From: Enoplolaimus lenunculus | Lineage: Eukaryota | Length of the DNA stretch: 64,000 nucleotides | Reading direction: 5' to 3' | NCBI GenBank assembly: GCA_030248215.1 | Contig: JASANG010003130.1 | Coordinates: forward strand, 62,001-126,000 | Shown here: positions 12,564-26,765 of the stretch, in pieces | How positions within the stretch are numbered: the stretch's first letter is position 1 | How the letters are laid out: each line of letters begins with the position of its first letter | Translations under genes and position numbers: made by a program | The notes under the pieces: generated by a model | What the model was told of the DNA's origin: nothing | What the model saw: only the letters and a program-made list of their open reading frames with translations | Databases searched by the model: none

Positions 12564-14563
12564 CGGTTAATCGTGTACTGGTAGTTTCCAAACCTGTATA
12601 CGTCGCGTATATTTGTGTCCTACTGATGTCTGAGACAATTTCTATCCGCTGTGTCTTTTTGTAAGGTCTTCGAAGAGTGTTTTCCTCGTTATTCAAGTCA
12701 GGTATCTTTTCAGCTGAAAAAAAATTGATAAGCTAAATATTAAGCTGAGTGTGTGTCAGGGGCGGATTCAGAAACCAATGAGGTGAAATCACAGATAGGA
12801 GTCCACGAAACGTAATAAAAACGGAAGTGTTTTTCTGGTTATTTACGTCAGATATTTTTTTGTGTTGAAGAAAATTGATAAGCACTATATTGCACTGTGT
12901 GTCATAGGCGGATCCGGCAAAAAATTACATGGTATCATACGTAGGAGACCATGAAACGTAAAGAACGCAAGAAATATTAATGAGAACCATAGCAAGTAAA
13001 CAGGCTTGGGTGGCAAATTGCAGAACACAGATACTTTGGCGTAGAGTCACTCGACTGATACTGTTCGACTCGAACCAACTTTAAATTTGACAATTTTCTA
13101 ACTGTACAATGGAGTTTCATGAGCGCGAGCGCCCAATGAAGACCATGGATCCGCTCCTGCGAGCGTTGCTTACGAATTGAAACGCATGTTTTCAACAGCG
13201 AAAACTATTCTTAATGCCGGATTTTGAAACCGATGGAACTTAATAGCACTGGATGGCGCTAGAATTTGAAAATAGAACTAAAATTTTTAATTAATTTTGA
13301 AACATTCAGGAAACATTTAGCTGAACAGCATCTATTTGTTCATTAATTGTAAATATATTTCTGCGCAATGGGCTATGTAATTGCCAAGGGTATTCTGGTT
13401 AAGTTTAGTTTCCGATCCGAAGTCTAGCCAAGCGCTATATTATAGCAGCGTCGGCGTAACGTTAAAAACTGACTTCCGTGAAAAATTACTGCCAAGTCAA
13501 TTTTTAAATTTTTACCGATAAAATATCACTTCCAGTGACAAACTTACCCCGTATTTTTTTAGTTTTGAGAAACACGTGGAAACTGTTTGCAAAAAGCTTT
13601 TAGATTTTCAGAAATAGTGACTACCAGACAGGAAGGCTGTACAACCACAATATCTGAACGTCGTTTTGAATTACAGTTATTTGTGAATTTTAATATTCAA
13701 AGATTTTGGCAATTTTTTCAACACGGATGAGAATAATAAGATTGCTTTTGTTTCACGCAGTCCAAAAATATTCTAATGGGATAGGCTGTATTATTTATAA
13801 CGGTGAAAAACGCTCAGGAGCGAAGCGAGCAAGAAGTCAAACACAATTTTAGTAGCAAATATTGATACAAATTTTGTTTTAACTTGCGGTGGGAACCAGG
13901 GGCCTTTCGTTTCTACTCTCAGATCGACCACTCCGCGTTGGGGCCGCAGTCTGGCTGGCCCCTTTTATACATCGTCAAGCGGTTCTATCAAAAAGTTTAC
14001 AATTCCAATTTCGGTTTTGTTTCTGACTTTAGATTATGCTCATTGGAGGCCTGACTATTACTTATAAAAGCGTTTTACTGCCTCAAATGTCGTCTATGGG
14101 TCAATACAAATGTATGGCTGATGAAAAAGTCAGTTTCACAATCTAGAACGTTGTTGTTTTGTAAGAAATTAATATTACAACTGCAAAGTCAGAGTCATTT
14201 TAATTAAAATTGTCTACTCGTTTACTATGCTCAAAAGTTGAAGAGAGTAAACTGAGACAAAAGTTCGAACCGTGCAGCATAATATCATAATTACCTTGGT
14301 TGCCTTGTTTTTTCATAACTTGTTGCAAAATTATCTTCGTGTTCAACCGATTTTAATTTGCAAACATTTCAAACATTCGATATTCTTGTTTGCAAAATTT
14401 ACTCAAAAATTTTAGCTTGCATATTAGCTTTGTTACTTTTAAGCCCAGACGAAAATTAAAGATTCTTCGGTAACGACGAACCGCTAGGATATATCATTAT
14501 AAAATACTCAAATATAAGTAATTATTTAGCAAACCATAATGACAGTTTAATTTAACACTTTAA

Positions 14564-15406
14564 ATGCGCAGACCTGCGTCAACATCTCACCAGGCTGTGT
14601 TGTCGGCCGAATTGCAGTGTTCAGGGCCAAATGCGCCCAACGAACCCCTCGCAGCATCAAAACAACGCCGCTCTTTAGCTGATTTATTTCGAAAATCTAA
14701 AAGCAATCGTGATTTAGCTTCAGAGTCCGAAAACCAATCTCTCCGTAAGCCACAACAGCCTATTGCTTGCAAATCAAGCACTGAACTAATGGCAAACGAT
14801 GACAGTGAGCTGCAGTCTAAACGTGGTCCTTGTTCAGAGCCTCAATACATACCTGAGGGAAGCAGTTTCGCTGGGGATAGGCATAAATCCCAGCCTCAGT
14901 TGATATCGTTCAGCTTAGACAATCATCAATGCTCATCATCTCTCCCACAGGCATCCAAAAGCGGTCTGGAAGTAGCTCGGCGACCAAAATTGAGTCTCGG
15001 ATTCCTAGGCAGACCCAAAGATGCGCTGAAAAGTCCTAGCATGCAGCAATCGACATCGTTTATTGCCGAATCAGGCCATACCGCATCGTCTGGTGTATGT
15101 TCTCCTCGGCGTCGGTCGCCGTGGGCTGCGATATTCAAAAACCGTTCGCTAGCTAGCTTGACAGCGGCTAGCGGACCGTCTGGAAGACCGCAGCAAACAA
15201 GTCCGTCTGGAATACTTAGTCCAGACGAGCTAACTGTGCAGCAGCAGCAGCAGCCCAGACGAAAAATATCGTCTTATTGGACGCTGGATCAAAATGAAAC
15301 GATTGATGAGCAACGCGTTCTCGACAGCTTACAGCGGCCTATGTTTCATTCGAAACAAATCGCTGTAGATGAAAGCGCGTTGCCAGATGTCGAAAAGTTA
15401 CAAATG
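14564..15406 (+). CDS. RGS gene, coding exon 1 (Ser/Gln-rich low-complexity N-terminus, 281 codons)
   Basis: Longest ORF in the window, with GC above its flanks. ATG at 14564 follows an in-frame TAA. Ends at a GTAAGT donor (15407), phase 0, matching the next exon. Linkage to the RGS exons is inferred from phase continuity only. Confidence 0.75.
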
Positions 15407-15440
15407 GTAAGTTGAAATTGGGTCGCGTCTGAACAATCTA

Positions 15441-15688
15441 CACACAAAAAAGTATTTCTGAATTTTTATTCAGAAAAATATTTTCTGTGGTAAATCTGAA
15501 AAGTTTTTCTAATATTTAAGACAATTTTTCTAAAAATAACTATAAAACGTTTATTTTCAGACTATGTTTTAATAATTTCTGAAAATTTTTCTGTTATAAC
15601 AGAAATACTTTTCAAATGCACCTTGCTAATCATATTTCTTAAATATAAGAAATTTTTTCTAAAATATCAGAAATATTATTTTGAGTGT
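15441..15688. mobile_element. AT-rich CAC...GTG palindromic MITE-like element
   Basis: Ends CACACAAAAAAGTATTTCTG and CAGAAATATTATTTTGAGTG, with internal TTTCTG/CAGAAA repeats. Confidence 0.5.
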
Positions 15689-16569
15689 AAACTGAAACGA
15701 AACGTTGGGTTTGAAGAATTCGCCCGGAACGAGAGCTGAAAGCTTGCTAATATTTTGAAATTGATGCATCACAGTGAACAGTTTTAGATTTGTGTAAAAG
15801 TTCGCAGGCGTTAACCGATCACTACATTATATATAGATCCAACCTTTACGGTACGGTGTAAGCGAGCTAGACGCCAGACGTAAAATATTACATCTTTTTG
15901 TAACAGTCGCAAAACGTTTTTGGGTTCCTGGATTACGGGCGTCATATCCACCAAACGCCTGTGGCTACGCGCCGTAGAAACATTCTGAAACATTCAGTTT
16001 TTTATGTTCATAAGCTGCAGGCTCGTAACAAATTATGCACCGGTCAGTGGGCGGGGCATCTTATTGATGCGAGGTTCGTGTGGGTTTTGACGTGATTCAT
16101 ACAGACGTCTGATCATTGTTTGATTATGGCATCGCAGCGTTTCGTTCTTTCATTGTATTAGTTACTTACGAGAGCCAACGCGCACAATGTCGAGCTACCA
16201 GCTAGTGTGTTATAAGTGAGAAAGTGATAAAGCGCCTTCTAGCCTCGGCAACTTTCTGCTTCTACGAATGAAAAATGATCGAATGCACTGCGATATGCTA
16301 GGCCCGCGACTGGGGTAGGTCCCTCCAAAAGTTACCGGCACGGGTAATCACACACAATAGTTGGTCACCCCCTAAGATTTTGAGTCACTGGGTGTAGTGA
16401 CATCTGCACATGCGTTAAATTCGAATTAACGGAACTTAACGATGTTTCCATGCCTGTTTTGTTTTGATTATATATCTATGAAGTCTTTAAAATTAGACAA
16501 TGTGGCGGCTTTAAATGTGACGCCCAACGAAGGTAAAGCGGTGCTTTAATTGCAGTGGCAGTGTTTTCA

Positions 16570-16777
16570 CGCTGCAAAAATGGCGAGTCAAATTGACTCT
16601 GTCCGAAATAGGCTCGATGGGACTACGCAAACTGAGTCAATTTCGATTTCGCCAGAGTCAAACATGCGCTCAGTGAGCCGAATTTGACTCTGGCGGAGTC
16701 CAATTTTGACTCAGTTTGTGTAGTCCGGAAAAGCCTATTTCGGAGATAGTCAATTTGACTCATCACTTTTTGCAGCA
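16570..16777. mobile_element. Near-fully palindromic MITE family E
   Basis: CTGCAAAAATGGCGAGTCAAATTGACTC...GAAATAGGC versus GCCTATTTC...AGTCAATTTGACTCATCACTTTTTGCAG. Other copies at ~21910-21990 (half) and 53806-53960. Confidence 0.8.
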
Positions 16778-16842
16778 GCTTTTTCAATATTTCAGAAGAC
16801 GTAATATATTAAAGTACTTTCTAAAATTTGTTTATTTTTCAG

Positions 16843-17164
16843 AGTGAAAGCAGTCCAAGACCAATGACAACGCTTCCAAGCATCTCGGTTGATCTTGCGT
16901 CGCTCGGTGTTCCTGCAGGTCAAGAAGACTACGATGACACTGAGGCCGTTGATAGCAGAACAAATTCTCCAGCGAAATATACCAATATTTGCTCCCGTGA
17001 GCCACATTATTCTGCCGCTACGAATCTTAGTGCTATTGAAAAAGCGGAAGTTACAACTGGTGGAGCGACCTCGTCAAACGAAAGTCGTCTTTCCGTCGAC
17101 TCCGGATCTCAGTTTGTGCCTTTGAGCGAATCATCAAAATCTCCTTCCGGATCCAGTTGTCACA
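16843..17164 (+). CDS. RGS gene, coding exon 2 (SESSPRP...SSCH)
   Basis: TTTTTCAG acceptor ending at 16842, phase 0. Open Ser/Thr-rich frame. GTAAGT donor at 17165, phase 1. Confidence 0.75.
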
Positions 17165-18879
17165 GTAAGTTTGTAATTTTATAAATTGTTTAAAATACCG
17201 TTTCTATGCACATGGACATGGAGGGAGTTTATGAGTATTAATCGCCCAATTCATGAGCGAAGAAATTGTTTTTGGACTGTTACAAATGGATTTGATTCTG
17301 AAACAACGTCAAGCTTTTCAATCTCTTCGCTCGCAATTTTTTCAACCCCTACAAAACTTAAATTTTTAATAGGGTCAAATCATATTTTTAGTTGCGACAA
17401 GTCATTAATAAGTTGTGATTTTGGTTCACCAAGCAAATTTACTTTAGCTGATTCTCGTTTGCCTCATTTGTGAGTTTTTGCCATTATTATATCGCTTATG
17501 TACAGCCACCCATTTACGACTTTCTGGATTTGCCCCTGGCATTTGCGTGTTTGTGTTGTGTTCGCGATTTTACAATGTACTGCTTCAAAAATTACCAGAC
17601 GTTTCACTAACTGGTGATGGAAGCTTATTGAAAATCTGGTCCTTCAAGGTTCATCACACTGAAAAATGTGGTGACGTTAAACCAAAAGCTCGTAGAAAAT
17701 GAGCAACAGTTTCTAATTAATTTATGTGTAAATATCGAAAAATTGTTGTTTCAACGAATGAAAGCAGTTTATAAGAATTTATATCTCGTGTTATAATTGA
17801 CCAATTTCAATTTTTTTTTCAATTTGTTACAGAGGTTTTACGAAAAGAACAGACGCATTGCGGGAGGGCAGGGGGGTTGGAGCACTTGATCATACAATCC
17901 ATGATCGAAGAACGCCGTAAACCAGAGACTGCCGGGCGAGCCTAAAATAGCTTATGGGCGCACCGTGTGAATGCTCAAAACATTATGAAACGTTGTTGAT
18001 TACATATTTTAATGAGAACTACTAGTGTCATTGTCGTCGACACGGAATTTGGCAAATTTTTTGTGACGACTTCTCAATAAAAATCAATAGGATAAAACAG
18101 TGGAACGCTGTTGTTACTTTTGATTTAAAATTTGAGCTTTAAATTTTAAAATTTTTTAAATTAAAAAAAAATAGAAATTTTGCCTTCTGAAAAATTCTCA
18201 ACTAAATACAACCACCTATTTTCCCGCTAGATTAAGACGGAACAGGAATAAGCTAATGGAGTTAGTATTTTGCTTATACACCCTTTTACGGTATAACCGG
18301 ACGTCTGCCTCCGGCTCCGACTTCGGTACTGTTTGTCAGAGGTTCTGGCAACTTCGGTAGTGAAATTTTTTATAACTTTACTAAACTTGTTTCCTTCGGT
18401 GCGTTTGGCTATAAGTTTTGGCACAATTTTGAGAACAAATATTGTCGGAAAATCTTTAAAAATAAACCTGAAACCAAAAATTTTTCCAAACACCTTTATA
18501 GATATTTGCTAAAATTATCAAAATTAAACATTGTTTAAACTACTTAATTTCGCGCCACATTCGACTTAATTTGCGCTCTGGCAAGTTTTGTTTGTCTCCG
18601 GCTCCGATATTTTTATCCCCGGTTGCATCCTTCCACAAATGCCTAGACGTCAGAATTACTGCGGGCCACTATAGCTGTATGTGCAGTAAAATGTAAAAAG
18701 CAAACATTTTTAATTATGTATAATGTTTTTTGAAACTATAGGACTAAGCCCGTTGTGAAGGTTGAAATGCTACAAAATGTGACATTTGAAAGAATTTTAA
18801 GAGGCATTTTTATTTGCAATATTTTTTAATTTTATTGCACAAAACAGTGAAACGGTTCAAACGGTTATTTGCACTTGCA

Positions 18880-19050
18880 CAACGGCGGATCCAGAAAATT
18901 CTGACGAAACAGGAGGGCTGGGAAAAGTTATGAAACGCAATTTTTGACTATATGCTGTATAAACGAAATTTTCACATAGGGAAAATATAAAATCGAACCG
19001 TTTTATCACAAAAAATTTTCTGACGGGGGCGTACGCGCTCCCCGCTCCAA
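18880..19050. mobile_element. hAT-like MITE family C (TIR core GGCGGATCCAG)
   Basis: Shares internal sequence with ~21145-21330, 24926-25224, 39616-39792 and 50127-50329. Confidence 0.7.
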
Positions 19051-20231
19051 ACCCTTTGGATCTCTTAGTGCATTTGCATTTGTGTTTCATTGATGCATAC
19101 CACATGCTGGGATATATGCATTCACACGTCAATAATTCTTCGGACAAAATTATAAGCTTAAAGAATATTGTAAATTTCATTATAAACATTATAAAGAGTT
19201 TTTATTGCGGATTCGTAGCCAGGGGGGTCACAACGATTCAGTATTCCTAGGAAATGTTTGCCCCGCTGGAACAGTTTCAGCCACACATGAAAGTCAAGCG
19301 ACATCTTCGTATTCGTTAGCTGAAAGCGTTTAGCTCCCTATTCAGTAACGCAAGGCAAAGAGCAACCAGCTTTCTCGGCTAAGTCATTTTTGAGGAGATG
19401 GTTCTAACGCCGTAATGCAACTTGCATTTTAATACATTTAGGCTTACTTAGCTAGGGGCTTTTGATTGTTTCTTACTGAAAATAATTCGTTTCGATGTTA
19501 TGCAATATTCCTCATTTCTCCTGCTGGCAACGTTACAAATTACATATTATTTTGGCAAGACTGTGTGTGTTTAAAGATCGCAGACTCGTAGCAAACTTAA
19601 CATTCTACGAAGGACCAAAAAATTGAGTATGTGGATGCAGCAAGTTTACGTGAGTTTTACAATGACGCGAACAGTTTTTAGAGAAGCAAAATTTTTTCAA
19701 GAACCGAACTTCCCATCGACCCCCTCTGATTACGAGCCTCAACTGCTGAGATTCTATGAATTGATTAGAATAAACGAAATAATTACTTTTTGATGTTTCG
19801 ATTCATAAATTAGTAATGTTAGGTGTATGGTACTTACCCCGAAACTCGGATAACGGGTACTTTTGAGTTTATCGTATTATATTTTTTTGAATGTTCATTT
19901 AGACCCTTGGTCTAGGGCGTTACCGGGGATCCGGGGTTAACCCCGCCATTATGCTTTTTCACTAAGGTTTATAAAGCATTTAGTTGATAGCATAGGAAAC
20001 ACAATTTTGCGAAATTGAGCCTACTCCACTTTCAATAACTTGACTACGCGTTTGGTAACCTGTCACCCTGTGTATTGGAAACCCGAATGAATTCAGAAAA
20101 AATAAAGGGGAGCTATTGCAGAATGCTAATGTATGGGCAAGGGCAGCTTCAGTGTCGAGCAAAGAACAGATACATTCTTAATTCTCATTCACTAGTCCTG
20201 TTTTACTAAAAAATTTTGCGATGCTAAACGT

Positions 20232-20436
20232 GGCCCATGTAAAGATCAAGGGCGGAACATTTCTCTGTGTGGACTAGAAAAGGGTAAGCTTAAGCTCTGG
20301 ACTAATTTTTTTGCTTTGGATTAGGCTTAGGCGTAGGCTTAGGCTTAGGAATATGCTCATACTGGCGCTTAGGCTTAGGCGTAGGTTTGGAAATATGCTT
20401 TATAATACTGTTCCGCCCCTGTTCTTTACATTGGCC
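20232..20436 (+). mobile_element. TTAGGC-bearing MITE (family T)
   Basis: ~28-bp TIR GGCCCATGTAAAGATCAAGGGCGGAACA / TGTTCCGCCCCTGTTCTTTACATTGGCC. TSD ctaaacgt/ttaaatgt. Confidence 0.85.
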
Positions 20437-20792
20437 TTAAATGTTCATCTGAAGCGCGATGTGTTGCGATCAAGATTGCAGCCTTTTTTTTCTTGAAAAT
20501 GGTATTTATCTGAAATCTTGTTGAGGTAAACAGAATTTTCTAAATTTCTAACGTTAATAATTCAACCGTGCTTGCGTAACAAAAATTGAAATGACTATGA
20601 CCTATGCCGGTAAATAAATCTAACCTAATTTGCTGTTTTGTATATTGTCTTCATTTTTCTTATCAATTAATTGTATCGCCTGTTGACATAAATTTAATAT
20701 TTTTTATCAAAGAGCAGTGGCGATTTAGGAAATTTCTGACAATGTCGCTGCGATAATTGCGAAAAAGGTCGGGAGCCAAGCAAGCGAGAGGC

Positions 20793-20965
20793 CCAGGGCC
20801 GGAGCAGCCACCCCCATGCCCCCATTTGTCGGGGCCCCACCCCTAAAGGGGCCCTCACCCTGACCGGTTGAAACAAAAACCGCTTACGTTTTAAAATGCG
20901 TCTGGTTTCTCGATCGCTTCGCTCGCGAGTTTGGTACCCCCACTTTGGAATTTGAGGGAAGCAAC
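20793..20965. mobile_element. hAT-like MITE family B (CAGGGCCRGAGCAG end)
   Basis: Same sequence as 25634-25770, 59436-59583 and 60703-61118. Confidence 0.7.
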
Positions 20966-22167
20966 CACCCTGGATGATCCCCTTTAAATTCGCCGGTGTG
21001 AAACAGAAATCATTCGTGTTAGCAACATGTGAATACCTAATGTTATCAGCTTTAAAATAGAGATACAACAATTTTGCCTTGCTTCAAAATTGAGTATCTT
21101 GCCTTTACGGCCAACGGACAAAAATGATTTTGTGTTTTCAAACCTTCAGAGGATGGTGGTCGTTTGGCGTACACCCCTTTAATGTCAGAAAATTTTTTTG
21201 TCATAAAATGTAAAGATACCTACCTACCTTACAATTTTTCCCTCATACAAAATCAGTACATATATAGCAAAAATTGCGTTTCATAACTTTTGCCAGCCCG
21301 AACTCCGTCAAAAATTTCTGGATTCGCCGCTCCATATGATGCTACCTTGTGTCCATCAATGAATTGTGTAGGTACACATTGCGACAGAAATGCCACGTAA
21401 GGACTCTTATATGGGCGTATTCAGTAATCTGGTTAGGGAAAGATCACCTAACGTAAGTAAGTATATGTGGTTTTATTTCTAAGTCTAGTTGTCTTAGGTA
21501 GTATTTTAGTAATTAACAAAAAACCCCTTTGTCAATTACTGAAAATAATACGTTCGCAGCTATCACCCTATAGATGCAAAACAAGTACCGTTGACAGCGT
21601 TTGAGCAGGTGAATGTGGACTAAATGTCACGTTTGATATGTGCCTCCAGTATTTCATACCTATACATTTCATTCATGTGTTATAAAATTAAATTATTGTT
21701 CATTTTATTAGGTTAATATACCGGAGATAGTAATGGTTTCAGCGTGAAATATTGCTTTCAAATTATAAATGTAGGGGTTACTTGTTGAGATTAGGCCGGA
21801 ACATTTTGCAAATTACCACGTGTTTACGAAGTACGCATTTTATCAGGTGTTTCTAGTGTTTTACGTTTGATTAAACCGTTTTTGAATTATAACATCAACA
21901 CAGCATCATTGGAAAAAATTGTGAGTCAAATTGACTCTGTCTGAAATAGGCTTTTCCTGACTACACAAACTGAGTCAAAATTTGACTCTGTGTGCATTGT
22001 ATCAAATGTACCAGAACGCGTTGCGTTTTTGTATAACCTCCCTCACCATTATTAAGAGGGGACGGGGTCGATAGCACTTGCAATACATACGACTGAAGGA
22101 AACTTATCATTTTTCAAATGTAAACGGAGTGTTTTGGAAGCATGTAAAATACTATAAAATTTAAGAC

Positions 22168-22272
22168 TAGCACAAATTGTACCCACCTAAATAAGAGGGT
22201 GTTAGCACAAGTTGTACCCACAGAAATAAGAGGGTGTTAGCACAAGTTGTACCCACCTAAATAAGAGGGTGT
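22168..22272 (+). repeat. 3 x ~35-bp tandem repeat (TAGCACAAGTTGTACCCACCTAAATAAGAGGGTGT) inside a family G element
   Basis: Three directly repeated units are visible. Confidence 0.85.
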
Positions 22273-25200
22273 AGGCTAAAAACGCAACGTCAGTTGAGTA
22301 TGTTTTGTACACAAGTGTACCCAGTTGCATATACTTGTTTTATATATCATCCAGTCTTGATGACGCAGATCATAGCCAGAACTGTGGTGGACAGTTAAGA
22401 GCCCTAACCATGCTAGCCACATCCTCGTACCTATACCTCCCGTTGAAAATTTACATACTATTTAGAATTCTATGCTATGAAATTTTTTCATGCCCCTCTA
22501 ATAAAACTTCCTGACAATCTAGTAATCCTTTGTTGATGGTCTGATCCCGATACTTTGGACCCACCAGTTCGGGTTTCAAATGCTGTTTGTTTTCCCGGCA
22601 TAATATTGACGATGTACTAACATTTGAACTATACTAAAGCATTGTACAACCGGATATCCGTATTCGTTTCTGGAAATCGGTGACCGTTTCCGTTATAGAA
22701 ATACCTGAAATTCGGTTATTTTTATGTTCAAAATTAGAGTAGTAATCAAGCATTTTTTCTCGCAATTTTTTTATTACAGATATGCTGCAATTGTTCCATA
22801 TGAAGTAAAACTAACGAAAATCTTAAATATTTTTTGGTGCATCCGCGTTTTTGTCTGTAAAATTTCACAAAGCCCAGTGAATATTTGCATGCCTTAATTG
22901 TGGTGACAGATAAATAAAACATCTTTGAAACTTTTATACTTCAATAACAGTTATTCGTTTGCGGTATGTCTACTGCCTGTTCACACGCTGATGCTAAAGA
23001 AATAATGGTTCAGCGGCAGTGCAAATACAGAATGCAGTTGATAGTTCTTTCATTTGCATTATCAATTTTTCGTCAATCAATTATCTGCGATTATGCGCAG
23101 TTGCTGGTCAAAATGACGAATGCACCGGTCTTTATCCAATGAGGTAAATTAAATTCAAAACGCAATAAACCTGATATATTTTACTCTGCAGCCGAGCAAT
23201 GTGGATTGACGGGAGATAACATCAAAAACGACTAAAATATTATTTCTTAGAATTGCAAAACCGTTAATTATGGTTTAATACTTAAGCATTGCCTATGTTT
23301 TACCGGACTGCAATGAGCATGTACCAGCGGGTGGTCCGTGGTGTTTCTACTCCTCTCGGTAGGTCTATGTGAGATATATAGGACACATTTGCGTTATGAA
23401 ATGAACGCTGCGGAAAATGCGTAATTTATTTAAGCTTGACAGAGTTTATGAAGATGTGCGCATTTTGGGAACTGTGTGATATTTCATGCTTAAAGCAAAA
23501 GTTTATTAGGTAAAAGTGAGCAACTTATGCCAGTAACCAACTCATCTTGCTAGATGGGGCTAAATTTTTTCCGGATGGATATACAAGGGTTTGTGTTGAC
23601 TTATGAGCAAAGTTGAAAAATTTCTAGGGGGGGGGGTGGTAAAATTTGTTTAGGAGGAGTTGAGTCACCTGTCTCCATCTTCTTTGGCTACGGTACCAAC
23701 CAGTTTTAAGTAAAAGTGTTGAATTTGCATTTTTTCAGCAGATAATCCTATGTAGCATCAAGAGTATCTTTTTCCGTCAGATCTCCAAATGATTCAAGTG
23801 AGTCAAAGGTGCATTAAAACTATTAACGAAAGTTAGGCATATAGCCCGAATACAGTACCCCCTAACCAATTAGGGATAGGGTGGAACCGTATTAGGACCG
23901 CTGATAGTACAAACAGCAATAAATAAATAAATAAATAAATAAATAATAGGAATGTTCGCACTTTGTCAAATATACTCGTGAAAAAAGGAACAAGTTATCA
24001 GATGAGAGTTTGATGTTTGTGCTTTGTCACAATTTAATCATGGCTTCCTCCTTCGCATTGCATCTGGTTAGTGCTAATTGCAGGTTGTATAATTTATTGT
24101 TTAATTAATGAGAGCAGTAGCCAGCGGAGAATCAAGGGGCACAGCCGACCTAAGTAACTTTATCCCATTGAAACAAATTTCAAGTTCGCTTGAAAGTCAT
24201 CGCAAATCCTTATATGTCCGTCTTAAAAAATTATTAGCCCAATAGGTCAGAAGAATTTAACGGGGTGCTCAGCCCAGCTATGGAAACTTTGTCATAATGA
24301 TAAATCTTTCAAGCTCGTTTGGAAGCCATCGAAAATTCTTATATGTCACTCCTATTCTCAGCCAATAGCAAAGGCGAGCTGGCTACGGACCCGAGCCAGT
24401 TGCCACCCTACCCTGTCTTATGGTATGCACATGATATGGTAATAATTACGGCTCCCCAGATGTCTTGTTACCGGCTAGGAGTAGATATACCCGTGTAGTT
24501 TCTGTACGTTTCATGCCGCAAGCAGGAATAGTTTTAGAGGGGACTGTGAGATTTATAGAGGTGGTAAGAAAAAATATCCTAACAAAGGATTTTTTTACTG
24601 TCGGTAAATGATTCGGCCGTTGAGATCGAAGATGTCCGTAAAGCGAGCGGCTCCCAAGTTACATCGTTGTATTCGCAACCCTGATACGCCCGCGTTGTGA
24701 GTGGAACCGAAACAAAAAAAACCAAATATACTTAATGTTGGACTTTACTGATATTTTATCCTATAATTAGCGGCAATCAATCTTTATACCCTAACATATT
24801 CCTATTGCCCGATTACCGGTTAGCGTTTTTCTGTTCAGTTGAAATCTAAAACGAAAAGGTTTAATACGTAATATGTATATTTCAGGGGTATACTCCAGAT
24901 TTTGTAAAAACGAGACTACGGTCTCATTAGCGGATCCAGAGAGAGGCGGGGGCGTACGCTCCCCATCAGAAATTTTTTATGATGGAATGGTAAGGTGACG
25001 TTACAATTTTTTGTCCTCAGGAAATTTTTTGGTGATAAAATGATAAGGCCCCCTACAATGCAATTTTCCTCTCAGAAATTTTTTCGTAAAAAAAGACAAG
25101 ATGCCTAAACTTTCTCTCAGAAATTTTTTGTGATAAAATGATCAGGACCCTACCTAACAATTTTTGCGTTCCATAACATTTTGCCACCCCGCCCCTTCGT

Positions 25201-26596
25201 GTCAGAAATGCATGGATCCGCTGCTATGTTCTATAAAATTTAGAAAGAGGTTCTGGTATTGCAAAGTTAAACTGTGCCTCAAACCGTGTACAAAAATCTC
25301 AAAGGAAAAGGTTTGATTCCTGTAACCACAGTGGCGTCTATACACATATATGTGAGTATTAGACTGATGAACTAAAATTGGCAAGTTCCAACTCTGAAAA
25401 ACCCGTTGAAATATTGGTTTAGCAATTGAACTGGCAAACTATTGTTACGATCGATACAAAAGACAATCTTGTTGGCCAAGTATCGATTTCGTTGGGACAT
25501 GCTACCCTCATGAACCCTTTTATCAGTACACCCCTGTAAGATGCATAATATGCATATATATGTATGAATAAAATATATATCAGCGGTATTTAGGTGATAT
25601 AAGATGGTCGAGAGCCAACTCCTGGAATTATAACCAGGGCAGGAGCGGCCAACCCTCGTAGTCCTATTTGGGGTCCCCATCCCTAAAAGGGCCCCCACCC
25701 TAACCGGATGAAACAAACACCGCCGAAGTTTTCAAATAGGTCTGGCTTCTCGATCGCTTCGCTAGCGAGCTTAACACTATCCTACCGTTCCGCGATTTGT
25801 TAAGATTTGTTCACTCGCTACGCTCGCTTAGTAAAACGTATTAAACAAAAGCCATCCCCTACACCCCGGGTCTCCGTAAAAATATAAATAGATACTTCCG
25901 GCGTTCTATGTATTCTACGTAATTGCTTTATATTTTTATCGTTCATTGCGGTTCATTACGCCGATAGAGTCCCACAAAGATCTCTGGCTTATTTTACCGT
26001 TGAAATTCAAACCCTTATAAAATAGCTTCAGGTTGTTTGTTGTCTATAAACATCAGCAAATATAGAAATGGTTCCGCTAACATTTAAGCTGTCGTGGTAT
26101 ATTTTTTGCTAGCGTTTAATATTAAATATTCGTTTTTGGTCGTCACACTATTATTGATATAAGACGATTTGGTTTAACTGGTATTCTGGATGGAACCACA
26201 ATTCTGCCATCGGATTCGGGGCTTATGTAAAGATCAGGTGCGGAACGTTTTGAGACTATAATAGAGCAAGCTGAAACTTTAGGCCAATTTTTTTGCTTAA
26301 GCTTTAGGCTTATTCCCGAACATTTTGAACGTTTTAAGACAGCACATTTCAGTTGTGAAAGTTGTGCGTTTGATTAATTTTGTTCGTACCATTCAAGCAT
26401 TATGCATTTTTCGTTTACTGAAGTTGTTTCGAAGTAGAAACGTCAGAATGATATTTGAATATTTTTGAAATTATTTTAAACTTAGGACACAGGTTAAAAC
26501 GCTATTTTCACCCTTCTGGCGTATTACAAACAGCATTTTTCAAAACGCTTTTTTACAGACTTTGTTAATTTATTTTGTTAGTACCATTCAAACTTT

Positions 26597-26765
26597 GGCC
26601 CACGTACAGAACAAGGCCAGAACAGTAGTATAAGCATATTCCTAAGCCTATGCCTAAGCCTTAGCGTAGCAATGAGCCTATTCCTGAGCCTAAGCCTAAC
26701 CCTAAGCAAAAAAAAAATTAGTCTAAAGCTTAAACTTACTCTATTACTTGTTCTATACATGGGCC
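26597..26765 (-). mobile_element. TTAGGC-bearing MITE (family T)
   Basis: GGCC ends. Perfect 8-bp TSD caaacttt at 26589-26596 and 26766-26773. Confidence 0.9.

Noticed and set aside
14587..15138. Antisense ORFs over exon 1
   Set aside because: They are shadow frames of the GC-richer coding exon.
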